From positions 20,432-84,431 of IMG/VR virus record IMGVR_UViG_3300033997_000406: a stretch of 64,000 nucleotides of DNA; one strand, written 5' to 3'. Made by a program: the position numbers and the translations under genes. How positions within the stretch are numbered: the first letter of the stretch is position 1; the number at the start of each line of letters is the position of its first letter. Under the pieces are notes generated by a model. That model saw only the letters and a list, made by a program, of their open reading frames with translations. It ran no database searches and had not been told where the DNA came from. Positions 42,482 to 52,438 of this stretch are shown here, piece by piece. Origin of the DNA: a virus.

Positions 42482-43102
42482 TTAAATCGACCCCAACAAT
42501 GCTAATAGTTCCAGCTCTTTTTTATCAGTCTGAGTTAGGTATTCACCCTTGAGTTGATACCTGTCGTCAGCCTGCTCAAACGTAGGCTTGTTATCCAAGC
42601 CCGCTACCGTTCTGCTTTCCAAATCCAAATGCTCAGCATTCAACGGGGTGCCATTGGGCAGCAGTATTTTCGTGATCACAACATGGTGACTCAGCAGCTC
42701 AGCGATAGGAACGACCTTGACTTGCGCTGCTGCAACCAAGGAATTTTTATCGACCTGATTGGTTAAAAGTCCGTGCTGAGATATAGCTTCAATAACCACA
42801 GCGCACTCAATGCCGGGAGTAATGAAAACTTCAATAGGGTGCTGACCTTGAACAGTAATCAACTGGCCGTCACGCTCTATAGCTGCAGTGCCTTTACCAG
42901 CGCTGCCTATGGTGATTTTATTCACGCCAGAGACAACCACATCAAAGCCCCTGTAAATACCAGCAGCTACAATGCCCACAAATTTACGGTTAAATGATTC
43001 AGACCCCATTTCCTCCGCAAACTGCGTGTCCGCAAGCAACGGGAAAGCGGCAAGCTCAGCCCGGCTGGTAGGGGATATATTATTAAAATCAACAGCACTC
43101 AT
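42482..43102 (-). CDS. tail fibre baseplate-anchor protein (similar to the P1 gpS N-terminus)
   Basis: LLADTQF.E...FNRKFVGIV..GIYRGF. Confidence 0.72.
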   Translation of the reverse strand: MSAVDFNNISPTSRAELAAFPLLADTQFAEEMGSESFNRKFVGIVAAGIYRGFDVVVSGVNKITIGSAGKGTAAIERDGQLITVQGQHPIEVFITPGIECAVVIEAISQHGLLTNQVDKNSLVAAAQVKVVPIAELLSHHVVITKILLPNGTPLNAEHLDLESRTVAGLDNKPTFEQADDRYQLKGEYLTQTDKKELELLALLGSI

Positions 43103-43527
43103 ATGGTCGGCCTCGCCGTGTCAATTACAAATTCAACAGTTAACCCCCGGTCTGAACTCATCCAGACGGGCATACCCACAGCGATAGCTACAACACCGCT
43201 TTCATCATCAAGCACATAAAGCGTTGTAAACTCAGATCTAACACCAAGAGGCAGATACCCTTTTGGTATGGTTGCCCTGACATTGATAGTTTTTGCTACT
43301 GGATCATATCTGTATGTCGCGCCAGTTCTTGCAAACTCACCTGTAATGGAGTCGACAGCAGAGGGAAGTGAGGGGATAACAGACGGCTTTCCGTCGACTA
43401 TTTCTAAGTAGCCAGAACCCCAAGCCACCTTATCAAGCTTGAAAAACGGGATTGAACTACATAACGACATAGCTCGCCGGGCATAGTATCGGTCAAGAAG
43501 CTTACCCCCATCTAAAATAACAGCCAC
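43099..43527 (-). CDS. P1 gpR-like tail fibre/baseplate protein
   Basis: KLLDRYYARRA; synteny. Confidence 0.72.
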   Translation of the reverse strand: MAVILDGGKLLDRYYARRAMSLCSSIPFFKLDKVAWGSGYLEIVDGKPSVIPSLPSAVDSITGEFARTGATYRYDPVAKTINVRATIPKGYLPLGVRSEFTTLYVLDDESGVVAIAVGMPVWMSSDRGLTVEFVIDTARPTI

Positions 43528-43538
43528 AATATGACCTC

Positions 43539-44558
43539 CTAAAGTTCTATGGTTCTTGCAATAAAGACAAAATTGCTATCTGGTGGTAACAGGTTTAACC
43601 CAAGCCTGTTCTGCCCTAAGCGGTGAAAATCAAGGCGCGTTGGATAATGCGTTCTTTGGTTTTTGAACGGCAAAAACCGCCCATCAGTCGGCGTCTGGTC
43701 CATTCCAAGCCTGTACTGCCCCACGCGATGAGAATCGAGTCGGATAGGGTAAGAAGGGCTAAGGCTTCTCATTGAAATATGAATGTCACTGTCGACAGGA
43801 AACTTATTCAGCGAGGCGTCTGACGGGCTATCAAGTCGGGCTGTGCCCATCCTTGTGATGCCAATTCTGTATGTCGGGATAGATAAAAATGAGGCGAACG
43901 AAACATAAGCCTCAGCTTCAATTTTGCTGATTTCATCCAGTACATCGGAAATATCAATTCGTAGTATGTAGTAATGCCCATCAAACACTATACGGATAGG
44001 GATTAACGGCTTTATCACTCTATTTACTGATAGTTCAAACTCGGGCATTGCATCATCAAGACTTAGATCGGGATACATCCGATAAAGGTCTGTAATGTTT
44101 ATTTCAACAACGCCCCGACTGGTTTTAAACCACTGCTCAGGGGAGACTTCATAAACCCCCAAATCTGGCTCAGGCGACAACAAAGAACCATAAGGGTGAG
44201 CCCCTAAATCGCAAGGAGCGAAAAGAGGCCTCCACCGCACCCTTATATTCTCATATTCACGCTCTAACGTTTTTTCTAGCGGGTACGTTGTTGATTTTTG
44301 ATGTATCTCATCCTGGCGCTGTTGCAGTAATAGAGGCCTATCTTCATCTGCTGCATTACCTACTGAAAAAACAGCCCCCAACTCACTGAAAAGCACTTTT
44401 ACATCATCCGGGTGCATGTCAAAAAGGCGGGTTCTGGACTTTAAGCGCTCCAGTGTAGGCTCTACAGCTGCATCGTTTACGGCCTGAATAGCATTAGCTA
44501 ATGACACCCAAGCGGGTACACTCTTTAGTGCGTTTATCAGGTTGTTCCGTAAATTCAT
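43539..44558 (-). CDS. baseplate protein (P1 gp16-like)
   Basis: Synteny; C-terminal repeats of the form RLD.HR.GQ.RLG. Confidence 0.65.
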   Translation of the reverse strand: MNLRNNLINALKSVPAWVSLANAIQAVNDAAVEPTLERLKSRTRLFDMHPDDVKVLFSELGAVFSVGNAADEDRPLLLQQRQDEIHQKSTTYPLEKTLEREYENIRVRWRPLFAPCDLGAHPYGSLLSPEPDLGVYEVSPEQWFKTSRGVVEINITDLYRMYPDLSLDDAMPEFELSVNRVIKPLIPIRIVFDGHYYILRIDISDVLDEISKIEAEAYVSFASFLSIPTYRIGITRMGTARLDSPSDASLNKFPVDSDIHISMRSLSPSYPIRLDSHRVGQYRLGMDQTPTDGRFLPFKNQRTHYPTRLDFHRLGQNRLGLNLLPPDSNFVFIARTIEL

Positions 44559-44609
44559 ATCAAGACCTTATTTGCTGTTAACTGTTATGATAATTGTGGC
44601 GCTAAAAAA

Positions 44610-46001
44610 TTAGTAGTTAACGTCAATATCAGATGCTGCTACATCCAAATAGCGCATAGTGTTTACTGGTGGATGTTCCATTAAGCTATCCCCATCAATT
44701 GAAAGCTCAAATGATGTAAGCAGGCCGGAATCGTCAACTGTATTCCATATCTGATTTGGCTTTACTGTGCCGATATAGGAAGGGGATGTTTTGTCATAAA
44801 CTGCCAGTGCTTTTTTAATTTCTGCTTTTATCAGCTCAGGAATATCTGTACCTAGTATTTTCCCTCTCAAGCGAACAGTATATGACTGGAAAAGAGTCTC
44901 CACTGGGACAAACGTCACATTATAGTCATCAACATTTTTATAAAGTGCGTTAATTTGCTCCATTAAAACGGATTGGGAAATGCCAGGCTGATGCACTGCG
45001 ATATAGATTTTGTTAATGAACTCAATGCTTTTGTATCCGGCCAGCAGTTCTTGAGTTGACTCTCCCCAAACGCTTACCCAAGTAAGTAACGGCATATTCC
45101 TTCGTATAAATGTTTCGTGATCGTTAGACCATTGCAAGCTTTCGTCATAACTTGGGTAGTACAGCGTGTTCTGCCGAATAGACTCAATATCTTCCCGCTC
45201 AGAGCCCACCTCTAACGTTGAACCCGTAGTAATTCTGAATATAGAATTTAACCCTGGATCTGAAATTGCTATAAGTGGCATTCCAGCAGGAATGTCTGAC
45301 GCACCCGCTGTCAATATACATTCGATTTCTATTACAGCACCAAGCGATGGAATGCGCCCAAGTATCCCATTACCAAAGCGTATGCCTAGCTGCTCTGATG
45401 GAGTGTAAAACTCAACATAAGCATAACTATTTTTGCTTGTATTACGAAAAAGAGTAGCTAGCTGCCACTTTCGCCTTACGTCATTGAATTCAGTAATATA
45501 AACCTCAAACGAAGAAACCTTGTCTGATGTATCCGGATCCAAAAGTCGGGTCATGAATTTTGAAGGATTACTGACTGTTGTAGTAAATACTCTCCTTTCA
45601 GCCTGAATACACTCAACTTCAGCGCTTTCTCCGGGCGGAACGCTGATCGACTGCATCACTAGGTATGGGAGGTTGTCTGACTCCGATAGCAATGAAGTCC
45701 ATTTGTTAATTGATCTAGTTGAATTTGTTGTATTGCTCACTGTAATGAGCTTTTTGTTTGGCCTTCTTTTTATCGGTACATAACCCCTAGACTCTGCAGC
45801 TGCCAATATGGAGGTCGCATTAATAGCCAAAGAAGGGAATGTCTCTTGTAGTCTCCTTGCTGCGGCCACCTCAGAGCGCTTTGCAACTTGAGCCACAAAA
45901 CTTGATAAATAGGTAACAAAGTCGGAGCCCTTAAATCTTTGCCACCATGGGGAGTCTGCAATTACAGAATTAAAGATAGATATAGCGGTATTCAGGTCCA
46001 T
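44610..46001 (-). CDS. baseplate wedge protein (BplA-like)
   Basis: IRFGNGILGRIP, EDIESIR; synteny. Confidence 0.8.
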   Translation of the reverse strand: MDLNTAISIFNSVIADSPWWQRFKGSDFVTYLSSFVAQVAKRSEVAAARRLQETFPSLAINATSILAAAESRGYVPIKRRPNKKLITVSNTTNSTRSINKWTSLLSESDNLPYLVMQSISVPPGESAEVECIQAERRVFTTTVSNPSKFMTRLLDPDTSDKVSSFEVYITEFNDVRRKWQLATLFRNTSKNSYAYVEFYTPSEQLGIRFGNGILGRIPSLGAVIEIECILTAGASDIPAGMPLIAISDPGLNSIFRITTGSTLEVGSEREDIESIRQNTLYYPSYDESLQWSNDHETFIRRNMPLLTWVSVWGESTQELLAGYKSIEFINKIYIAVHQPGISQSVLMEQINALYKNVDDYNVTFVPVETLFQSYTVRLRGKILGTDIPELIKAEIKKALAVYDKTSPSYIGTVKPNQIWNTVDDSGLLTSFELSIDGDSLMEHPPVNTMRYLDVAASDIDVNY

Positions 46002-46011
46002 AGTTCTCTCT

Positions 46012-46347
46012 CTAAATTGTGAGCATTTTGTCTGCTACAGCACCGTAATTTGTGTTCACGGTTATCATAAATTGGTCTTTTTCAAGAATTTTAAGAGCGA
46101 TGCCGGTGACAATGACTTCTGGTATATCCTGCTCTAAATCCATGATGACCATATTCTCCATGGCGACCTCACTGGTGACAGATATAGGCTCATGACGGAA
46201 CTGGTGCAGTCTATGCCCCCAAAATGGTTTGCCCCAGTACTCGCTCCGGGGCGTATCCAGCCAAAACTCCACCTTGGCAAGCATTGCGTCCTCATCGCGG
46301 ATCTTAAGTTGGCCATCTTCCAGCGTAAGTAGGTGTTCTATTTCCAT
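46012..46347 (-). CDS. gp25/PmgA-like baseplate protein
   Basis: WLDTP...WGKPFWG; synteny. Confidence 0.7.
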   Translation of the reverse strand: MEIEHLLTLEDGQLKIRDEDAMLAKVEFWLDTPRSEYWGKPFWGHRLHQFRHEPISVTSEVAMENMVIMDLEQDIPEVIVTGIALKILEKDQFMITVNTNYGAVADKMLTI

Positions 46348-48476
46348 TACATAAGGTCCATAGCAATCATTCGCATCGTTTCACTGCTCAGCGTGTTCGG
46401 GATTTGGCTAGACACTTGATGCGTCTGGCTGTTAATTGTCTCTTTAGACTTTGATACAACTGGCAGCTGCTGTTGCTGCTGGCCTTTTGCCATCGCCTCT
46501 ATCGCTCTGGTTAACTTAGGATCCGTGTGCGCAATTACATTAATGCTTGGTTGGCCACCTTGCCGATTACTTTCTTGCGATAGCGGTTCTTTTGACGGCA
46601 TTGGTGGCGTTTCATTGGTTGGCGCCAGCTCAGACATTTGAGGCAAATTAGCAGCGCCAGCACTGTAACCCCGAGCTGCATTTGCACCGTTGCCTATCAT
46701 CAATCCAGATTGTACAGGGGGCGCTAATGTCGCTGTTACTGCTAATGCAGGAGCTGAACGATTGGCAGCACTTGATGAGGCCAATGCTGTTGCAGGCATA
46801 GCCGGTGGAGCGGAAGGGGTTGCTGCTTTCTGTTTTGCTGGTGCTGCGCCTGCCGTGGGTGATTCAGTCGCTTTCTGCTCAGGTGCAACACTGGTACCAG
46901 ACTCTTTATCCGGGTCGCCGCCGAAAATATTGTAAAGACTTTTGGCAATATCCTGATCTGAAATCCCGATAAGCTCAGTCAGCCCGCCTAGCGACAAGAT
47001 GGAGCCTGCAGCCATCGCCGATTTTTGCCCGGTTGTTGCGTCCTGACCTTCTTTTAATTTAAACGTTTCCTTTTGCTTATCCTTGTCATTGTAACCACTG
47101 AAGCCATCATAAATAGCGAGGGCTGCAGTCAATGGCAGAGCCAGCTTGGACAACACGGCGCCACCAGCTTTAGCTGCTGCACCAATACCTGACTTAGCCC
47201 CTGCACTTGCAGCAGAACCTGCACCCATGCCAATTAGCGAACCGGTTTTGCTGCCTGTTCTGGCGGCGCCACGTCCATACCTGGAGCTGCCCCGTTTAGA
47301 CTTTCTACCTTTCCTGTCCCCGAACAAATCCAGAGCACTATCTAAAAGACTTCCGCCAGCACCAGCACCGGGTTTAATCTCTTTTACAGCATCTTCAATT
47401 TTTTTAAGATGCGACGATAACGTTTCAGTTTGTTCTGTCAGTGACTCAGATATTAAATCCGTTAAGCCATCATTTTTACGGGCCTGAACAGCAGAGCTTA
47501 CAGAGCCACTTTGCTGCTGGCGCTGGCTCCCCGAGCTGCTACCTTTCGACTGTGCATTAGGTTTGCTTAAATCGCCTGGCAGACTTTCACCTGATGATGC
47601 AGGTTTAGAAAACCACTGTGCCGGCCGGAATACTTTTGACAGCAGACTTATGGCTTTGCGCTGTGCCTTCCCAACTGTGCCAGTAGGCCTGTCCTGCTCT
47701 TTTTTCTCTGCGGGTTTTTCTTTAGGTGTTTCACTAATCACCGGCGCCGGTTTATCGTCCGACTTAGAAAACCACTGAGAAGGGCTAACCGCCTTTGTGT
47801 ATATGCTTTTGACAGCAGATTTTATGCCTTCCTTGCTATCCAGTCCTTTATCGGAAATAAGCTGCTTAGCTTCTTTCGTTAAATTGTATAGCTCTTTACC
47901 GGCCATCCACTCGCTGCCAGCTGTTGCGACGCCTGCAGCATCAACCGCTTCATTACCTTTTTCGGTTGAATTTAATTTATCACCAATCCAGCTCAGTACT
48001 TTGGATGATAACCGGTCATCCGTATCGCTGCGGTCTGCACTTTTTGTCTCTGCGGCTTCTTTCTGTTGTCGTGTTGCAAAAGCGCCGGATTGCTGCCGCC
48101 AAAGCCCCTGACTATCTTGCCAAAGCCCTTCCAGTAACTTGTTTGTTTGCCTGCTAAGGTCTACTTGCTCTTGCTGTAGTGGATTCTCATCAGCCACTGG
48201 CGAGCCATCAAATGAAAATGACGGGGTTACTTTTGGAGCAAATGAAATACCAGTTTCAGCATCTGAGGTGGACCGAGCCGGATCAGCAACTGGAGAAAAA
48301 TCACTTTTCGCTTGTTCCCTGCGGCGGTTTTTAATCGCTACATCAGCCTGCAAAGTGGAAGCAACAGAGTTTGAGCCGTTTTTTACCGCATCTTCTACTC
48401 TGGCAATCGCAGTCAGCTCTTTACGGCTGGCGCCATCGATAGCCCTGATAACGTTGTAATGATCTAGTGAACTCAA
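46347..48476 (-). CDS. tape measure protein (Sit position)
   Basis: Low-complexity Ala/Gly/Ser-rich 709 aa with hydrophobic patches; position. Confidence 0.72.
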   Translation of the reverse strand: MSSLDHYNVIRAIDGASRKELTAIARVEDAVKNGSNSVASTLQADVAIKNRRREQAKSDFSPVADPARSTSDAETGISFAPKVTPSFSFDGSPVADENPLQQEQVDLSRQTNKLLEGLWQDSQGLWRQQSGAFATRQQKEAAETKSADRSDTDDRLSSKVLSWIGDKLNSTEKGNEAVDAAGVATAGSEWMAGKELYNLTKEAKQLISDKGLDSKEGIKSAVKSIYTKAVSPSQWFSKSDDKPAPVISETPKEKPAEKKEQDRPTGTVGKAQRKAISLLSKVFRPAQWFSKPASSGESLPGDLSKPNAQSKGSSSGSQRQQQSGSVSSAVQARKNDGLTDLISESLTEQTETLSSHLKKIEDAVKEIKPGAGAGGSLLDSALDLFGDRKGRKSKRGSSRYGRGAARTGSKTGSLIGMGAGSAASAGAKSGIGAAAKAGGAVLSKLALPLTAALAIYDGFSGYNDKDKQKETFKLKEGQDATTGQKSAMAAGSILSLGGLTELIGISDQDIAKSLYNIFGGDPDKESGTSVAPEQKATESPTAGAAPAKQKAATPSAPPAMPATALASSSAANRSAPALAVTATLAPPVQSGLMIGNGANAARGYSAGAANLPQMSELAPTNETPPMPSKEPLSQESNRQGGQPSINVIAHTDPKLTRAIEAMAKGQQQQQLPVVSKSKETINSQTHQVSSQIPNTLSSETMRMIAMDLM

Positions 48477-48631
48477 CGCTTTAACTCCCGCCGTTTTTCT
48501 TCTATTTGAATCATCATGTCAGCTGGGGTCATCAGTACGTCTTTGACTGACTGACCACCCTGGGCCAAATACGCAATAAACTGGTCCCACCCGGATTCGC
48601 TATATTTCTGGAAAGTAGTGGTGACACCGAA
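48473..48631 (-). CDS. probable frameshift extension of the tail assembly chaperone
   Basis: Open +1 frame of 52 codons with no start of its own near its 5' end; its TGA overlaps the tape-measure TTG. Confidence 0.55.
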   Translation of the reverse strand, partial: FGVTTTFQKYSESGWDQFIAYLAQGGQSVKDVLMTPADMMIQIEEKRRELKR

Positions 48632-49499
48632 AAGGCAGCAACAGGCGAGTGTACGCCGTGTTGCCCTCCAGTATTTCTTTAGGCCATTGCTCTACCGGCA
48701 CCGCATCATTTTCAAGTTCAGCTCTGCGCTGGCTGGCCTCTTCTTCTTTTTCAGGGCAGAAGTGAATAGGCGTAACAAGGTTTATTGCACCTTCAAAGTA
48801 AACCGACTCTAAGCCGTGGTGTACATCCTCCAGCGTTAGCTTGATGGCCACAGCCAGCGGTTTGAACTCCTTTTCAGCATCCAGCGTGAGTAGGTACTCA
48901 TAACGCTCTGTTGCGCGGGTTTCTTCACTGATCGTTTCATCTTCCATAGCAAAACGGAAACAGTGAGCAATCTCATACATGCGCATATCCATATTGGCCA
49001 CAGCCCACGCCTGAGAATCCTTGGGGTGGATGTCTCTCTGATTACACAACAGCTCAATATGCTGGATAGCAACACCGCGCATAGGAACAATGTAACCACG
49101 GCCTTTGTGCGGCAAATCAACCGGTGTTTTAAGGTCTTTGCTTGCGGTGGAAATGCCTGATACCAGTTCCTGTAAGTCCAGCTGTCGGCCATGCTTTTTG
49201 TCACAGTGCTTACACTCATAAAATTGAGTAATCACGGTATCTGAGCGGGTATAGATATATAACCAGTAAAGGGCGGTTCGTCTGTCATCAGCCGTCCACA
49301 GCGCTGAATCTGAATACTCTTGAGGGTGATTTTCTCTATCCTGCTGGTTATTTAGATACTCTGTGGTCACATGCTCTTCCATATCCGGCGACATACCGCA
49401 AAAGGCGCGGTAATCTGCAACGGTCGGGGCGCGGAAGTAGGTCTTTTTTTTGCCGTCCGCACAGTGTATGTAAGGCGGTATATAGGCCAGTGTGGTCAT
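48600..49499 (-). CDS. PmgB-like tail assembly/baseplate hub protein
   Basis: WTADDRRTALYW, CKHC; between tube and tape measure. Confidence 0.7.
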   Translation of the reverse strand: MTTLAYIPPYIHCADGKKKTYFRAPTVADYRAFCGMSPDMEEHVTTEYLNNQQDRENHPQEYSDSALWTADDRRTALYWLYIYTRSDTVITQFYECKHCDKKHGRQLDLQELVSGISTASKDLKTPVDLPHKGRGYIVPMRGVAIQHIELLCNQRDIHPKDSQAWAVANMDMRMYEIAHCFRFAMEDETISEETRATERYEYLLTLDAEKEFKPLAVAIKLTLEDVHHGLESVYFEGAINLVTPIHFCPEKEEEASQRRAELENDAVPVEQWPKEILEGNTAYTRLLLPFRCHHYFPEI

Positions 49500-50020
49500 G
49501 TTCTTTTTGCTCCGATACTACTAAATTTTTGGAACGTAACAGAGAAAGTGCCGTGCTCGGTCACTTTCGATGTATCACCGCTGTAATCGTTGTTTTCTTC
49601 TAAGTAAACGTCCCACTCGCATTCCAGATATTCACTGGCATCATCACGTATGCGGAAAAGCTTTAACTTAAATAGGTATTCAACCGGCAGGTTTGCGGTG
49701 CCGTCCTCGTTAAATATTTTCTTCTGCAGGCTTTCAATGAAGCGACTGACATCGCCATTCTCATTGTCGTAAAGGATGGCAGTCACACTGCCTGCAGTGC
49801 GCTTATCAGGAAAAGCCATTTCCCCGTTTGCTATGGGTATTTTTCGGCTCTCAATCGTCCCTCTACCGTATGAGATTTCTTTAACAAAGAGGTCCATATC
49901 AGGGGGCTGGTCTGGCAGCTCAGCACGAAACAAATAGTCTTTTCTGAAAGCAGTCTTAACCGCTTTTAAGGCGGCCCGTTTTTGCATTGCAAGCAAAGCT
50001 GCAGTGTTTCCATTGGCCAT
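49496..50020 (-). CDS. tail tube protein
   Basis: DGTANLP.EY, FSVTFQK; synteny. Confidence 0.72.
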   Translation of the reverse strand: MANGNTAALLAMQKRAALKAVKTAFRKDYLFRAELPDQPPDMDLFVKEISYGRGTIESRKIPIANGEMAFPDKRTAGSVTAILYDNENGDVSRFIESLQKKIFNEDGTANLPVEYLFKLKLFRIRDDASEYLECEWDVYLEENNDYSGDTSKVTEHGTFSVTFQKFSSIGAKRT

Positions 50021-50032
50021 GGATAATCCAAC

Positions 50033-50608
50033 TTAATCTATTGTGATCATGGGGGTAATAACGCGATTACTCTGCATTTCAAGCTCAAGCGCCTCTTTGC
50101 GCTCAATCAGTTCGCTATCGCTCGGTAATACAGTGGGGTCCATATTCCCGGCGATTAACACTAAGCGCTCTCTTGCTGTGTTCGGGATGCGGATCAGGGC
50201 TTCCAGATAATCCTGTACCAGTGAAACAATATCTTCCGGCAGTTCGTATTCATTCAGTGGTACACGGCGAAGATTTACAAAGTAGTGCATATCCAGCGGC
50301 AGTTTTGCGCCCCTGTCTCGGTAGTGAAGAGTGATAGTTTTTTCTGATGTATTCACATCATGGCGCACCAGGCCGCTTCTGGCATCTTTGAGCACCTGCA
50401 TCGCCAGAAAATCATTTGGCATTGCAAAGGTTGACTCTCCATCAACATCAATAGTCAGTGAGCGGATTTTAACTTTCCTAACGCAACCTGCTTTTTCTTG
50501 ATAGACGCCTAATGCTTGGCGCAACAGAGCTTCCAGACGCGGCGGTTCGTTATGCAGAAGCGTGGTGAATCGCAGCTTAACCTCTTCCAGTAGCTCTGTT
50601 GGCTTCAT
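50033..50608 (-). CDS. PmgC-like head-tail/morphogenesis protein
   Basis: ELLEEVKLRF..L, LLRQALGVYQ; synteny. Confidence 0.65.
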   Translation of the reverse strand: MKPTELLEEVKLRFTTLLHNEPPRLEALLRQALGVYQEKAGCVRKVKIRSLTIDVDGESTFAMPNDFLAMQVLKDARSGLVRHDVNTSEKTITLHYRDRGAKLPLDMHYFVNLRRVPLNEYELPEDIVSLVQDYLEALIRIPNTARERLVLIAGNMDPTVLPSDSELIERKEALELEMQSNRVITPMITID

Positions 50609-50609
50609 G

Positions 50610-51131
50610 TTATGCTGTCTCCTTCAGTGACTCTGACCAGGTGTAGTTTATGGTCAGAGGTAACTTTGTGATCTCAGTAACGCTGTCGTTTGCAAAGTCG
50701 ATAGCATCAATAGAAATCCAGCACTCTTCCAGTACGCAACCATCCACAGCTTTGGCACCCGCTGACTCTGGCGTCATGGCCACGGTAATGGTAGGGATGT
50801 AAACTTTGTTTCTTACCATTTCGCGCAGCTTCGTCAACGTCTTACCTTTGATTGGCTGCACTAACTGGGCTGGAAATTCACCGGCATTTTCAATCGGGCC
50901 TTGCTGGTTAGACTTAGTGCCTAATGGGCCGAACCCTTCAACCAGTGCTCTGCGATAAGCAGGCATCTGACAGTTGGTAATGAGCAAGGTTAGCTCAGGG
51001 TAGCCCTCAAACGTTGCTTTGAACTCTGCTGAGATAACTTTTTCGCCAGCCTGGCGATGTTTTATGAGTAAGTCTTTGACTGCTGCGGCATTGCCTGCTG
51101 AGTCACGTAATTGATTCGCCATGTAAATCAC
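50610..51131 (-). CDS. tube-like baseplate protein (BplB/TubB)
   Basis: GPLG...QQGPIENAGE; synteny. Confidence 0.65.
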   Translation of the reverse strand: MIYMANQLRDSAGNAAAVKDLLIKHRQAGEKVISAEFKATFEGYPELTLLITNCQMPAYRRALVEGFGPLGTKSNQQGPIENAGEFPAQLVQPIKGKTLTKLREMVRNKVYIPTITVAMTPESAGAKAVDGCVLEECWISIDAIDFANDSVTEITKLPLTINYTWSESLKETA

Positions 51132-51133
51132 CT

Positions 51134-51721
51134 TTATAAAAATATCTGCGGGATCCGCGAACGGTTAACCGCGCCATCTGTGGAGCAATTGAGCGTTACG
51201 GTATTGTTTAACCAGTGGCCGCTTTTTGTTTTTGGCGCGGCAAAGTTGTAACTGACGGTTTTGATATAGACCTGAGCCTTTAACTTGCGGCCTAAATCCA
51301 GCATTGCGAGTTGTGGTACCTGACCGGTGGGAAGGTTCTCTTCAAGCTCAGGGCTGCTCATCATTGACAGATAACGAATAGGGTCATCTACTTCACGTTT
51401 CGCATCGCTGTAAGCGGTAAAGTGCACAACCAGCTGAAACTCCAGCGGGTTGGCACCTTCCCATACTAAACGGCTATTCATCAGTGATTTACTGGTTGCC
51501 CCTGTCGCGGCTTGAGTTACATCACCGACTTTTGCCAGGCCAGAACTGGCCCCCACAGTGTCGCCCTCGAAAGGGCTTTGCCATAGCTGCTGCAGCTCCA
51601 CGGTACACTCTTCATCGATATAACCGACCACAGTTACAAAGCCCACGCCAGGAATATCCTGACTCACAAAGGCTTTGTAATACGGGGATATTCCATCATT
51701 ATCAGAGACACCGTAGTGCAT
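51134..51721 (-). CDS. PmgG-like tail tube initiator
   Basis: WQSPFE, LVWEG..P; synteny. Confidence 0.65.
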   Translation of the reverse strand: MHYGVSDNDGISPYYKAFVSQDIPGVGFVTVVGYIDEECTVELQQLWQSPFEGDTVGASSGLAKVGDVTQAATGATSKSLMNSRLVWEGANPLEFQLVVHFTAYSDAKREVDDPIRYLSMMSSPELEENLPTGQVPQLAMLDLGRKLKAQVYIKTVSYNFAAPKTKSGHWLNNTVTLNCSTDGAVNRSRIPQIFL

Positions 51722-51723
51722 GG

Positions 51724-52413
51724 TTACAGGCCTGCGCGTGAGCGAATACGGTTGGATTTACGGCGCTTTGCTTTAGACGCTGCTGTATTTGCACGTAAGC
51801 GAGCTTTTTTCAGCGCTGCGCGTTGCGGGCCACTCAGGCGAACTTTACGAGTACGCTTTTTAATCAGCGTCAACTTGCCATTGCGAACCACTTTTTTCAT
51901 GGCGCTTGCTATCAGCTCTTCACGTACAGAGAAGTCGGCGACAAGCTCATCAACAGAAGAGGACTTAGTGGCTTCACGCAACTTTTCAGCCACAGATAAA
52001 GCAGCTTCTTCGTTGTCGTCATCCAGCATGGTCTGCACTGTTTTTTCAGGAGCGCCACCGATACTGACAAAAGTTTCAGCAATCAGGTCCAGCAATGTGT
52101 CGTACTGCTCATCTTGCTCAGGCGACAAATCCACATCGTCTGCATCTTCGTCATCCAATACGGCGGCATAAACCAACGCATATAAATCAGCCAGTTCAGA
52201 AGAGCTATCCAAAGCCCATTCAATGGCAATAGAGGCTGCAACAGCGCGGTTATCTTGATCGGCCTTTGCTGACACTGCGGACAATAAACTTTCATCATCC
52301 ACGGATGATAAAAACATCTGTTCAGTGACAGTTTCAGGGGCTTTTTCTGGAGCTGCTGCGGCCATAGACGCCAACAGCATATCGTTTGCTACGACAGTTT
52401 TATTCCCGTACAT
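51724..52413 (-). CDS. P1 gp21-like protein with very basic C-terminus
   Basis: KKVVRNGK...RLSGPQRAALKKAR. Confidence 0.7.
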   Translation of the reverse strand: MYGNKTVVANDMLLASMAAAAPEKAPETVTEQMFLSSVDDESLLSAVSAKADQDNRAVAASIAIEWALDSSSELADLYALVYAAVLDDEDADDVDLSPEQDEQYDTLLDLIAETFVSIGGAPEKTVQTMLDDDNEEAALSVAEKLREATKSSSVDELVADFSVREELIASAMKKVVRNGKLTLIKKRTRKVRLSGPQRAALKKARLRANTAASKAKRRKSNRIRSRAGL

Positions 52414-52438
52414 ACATACCTTCCTTAAAATGGATTTA

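Noticed and set aside
46690-48459. Plus-strand ORFs opposite the tape measure gene, and similar ones opposite darA, darB and capsid
   Set aside because: Antisense shadow frames of long genes with no RBS or recognisable motifs.
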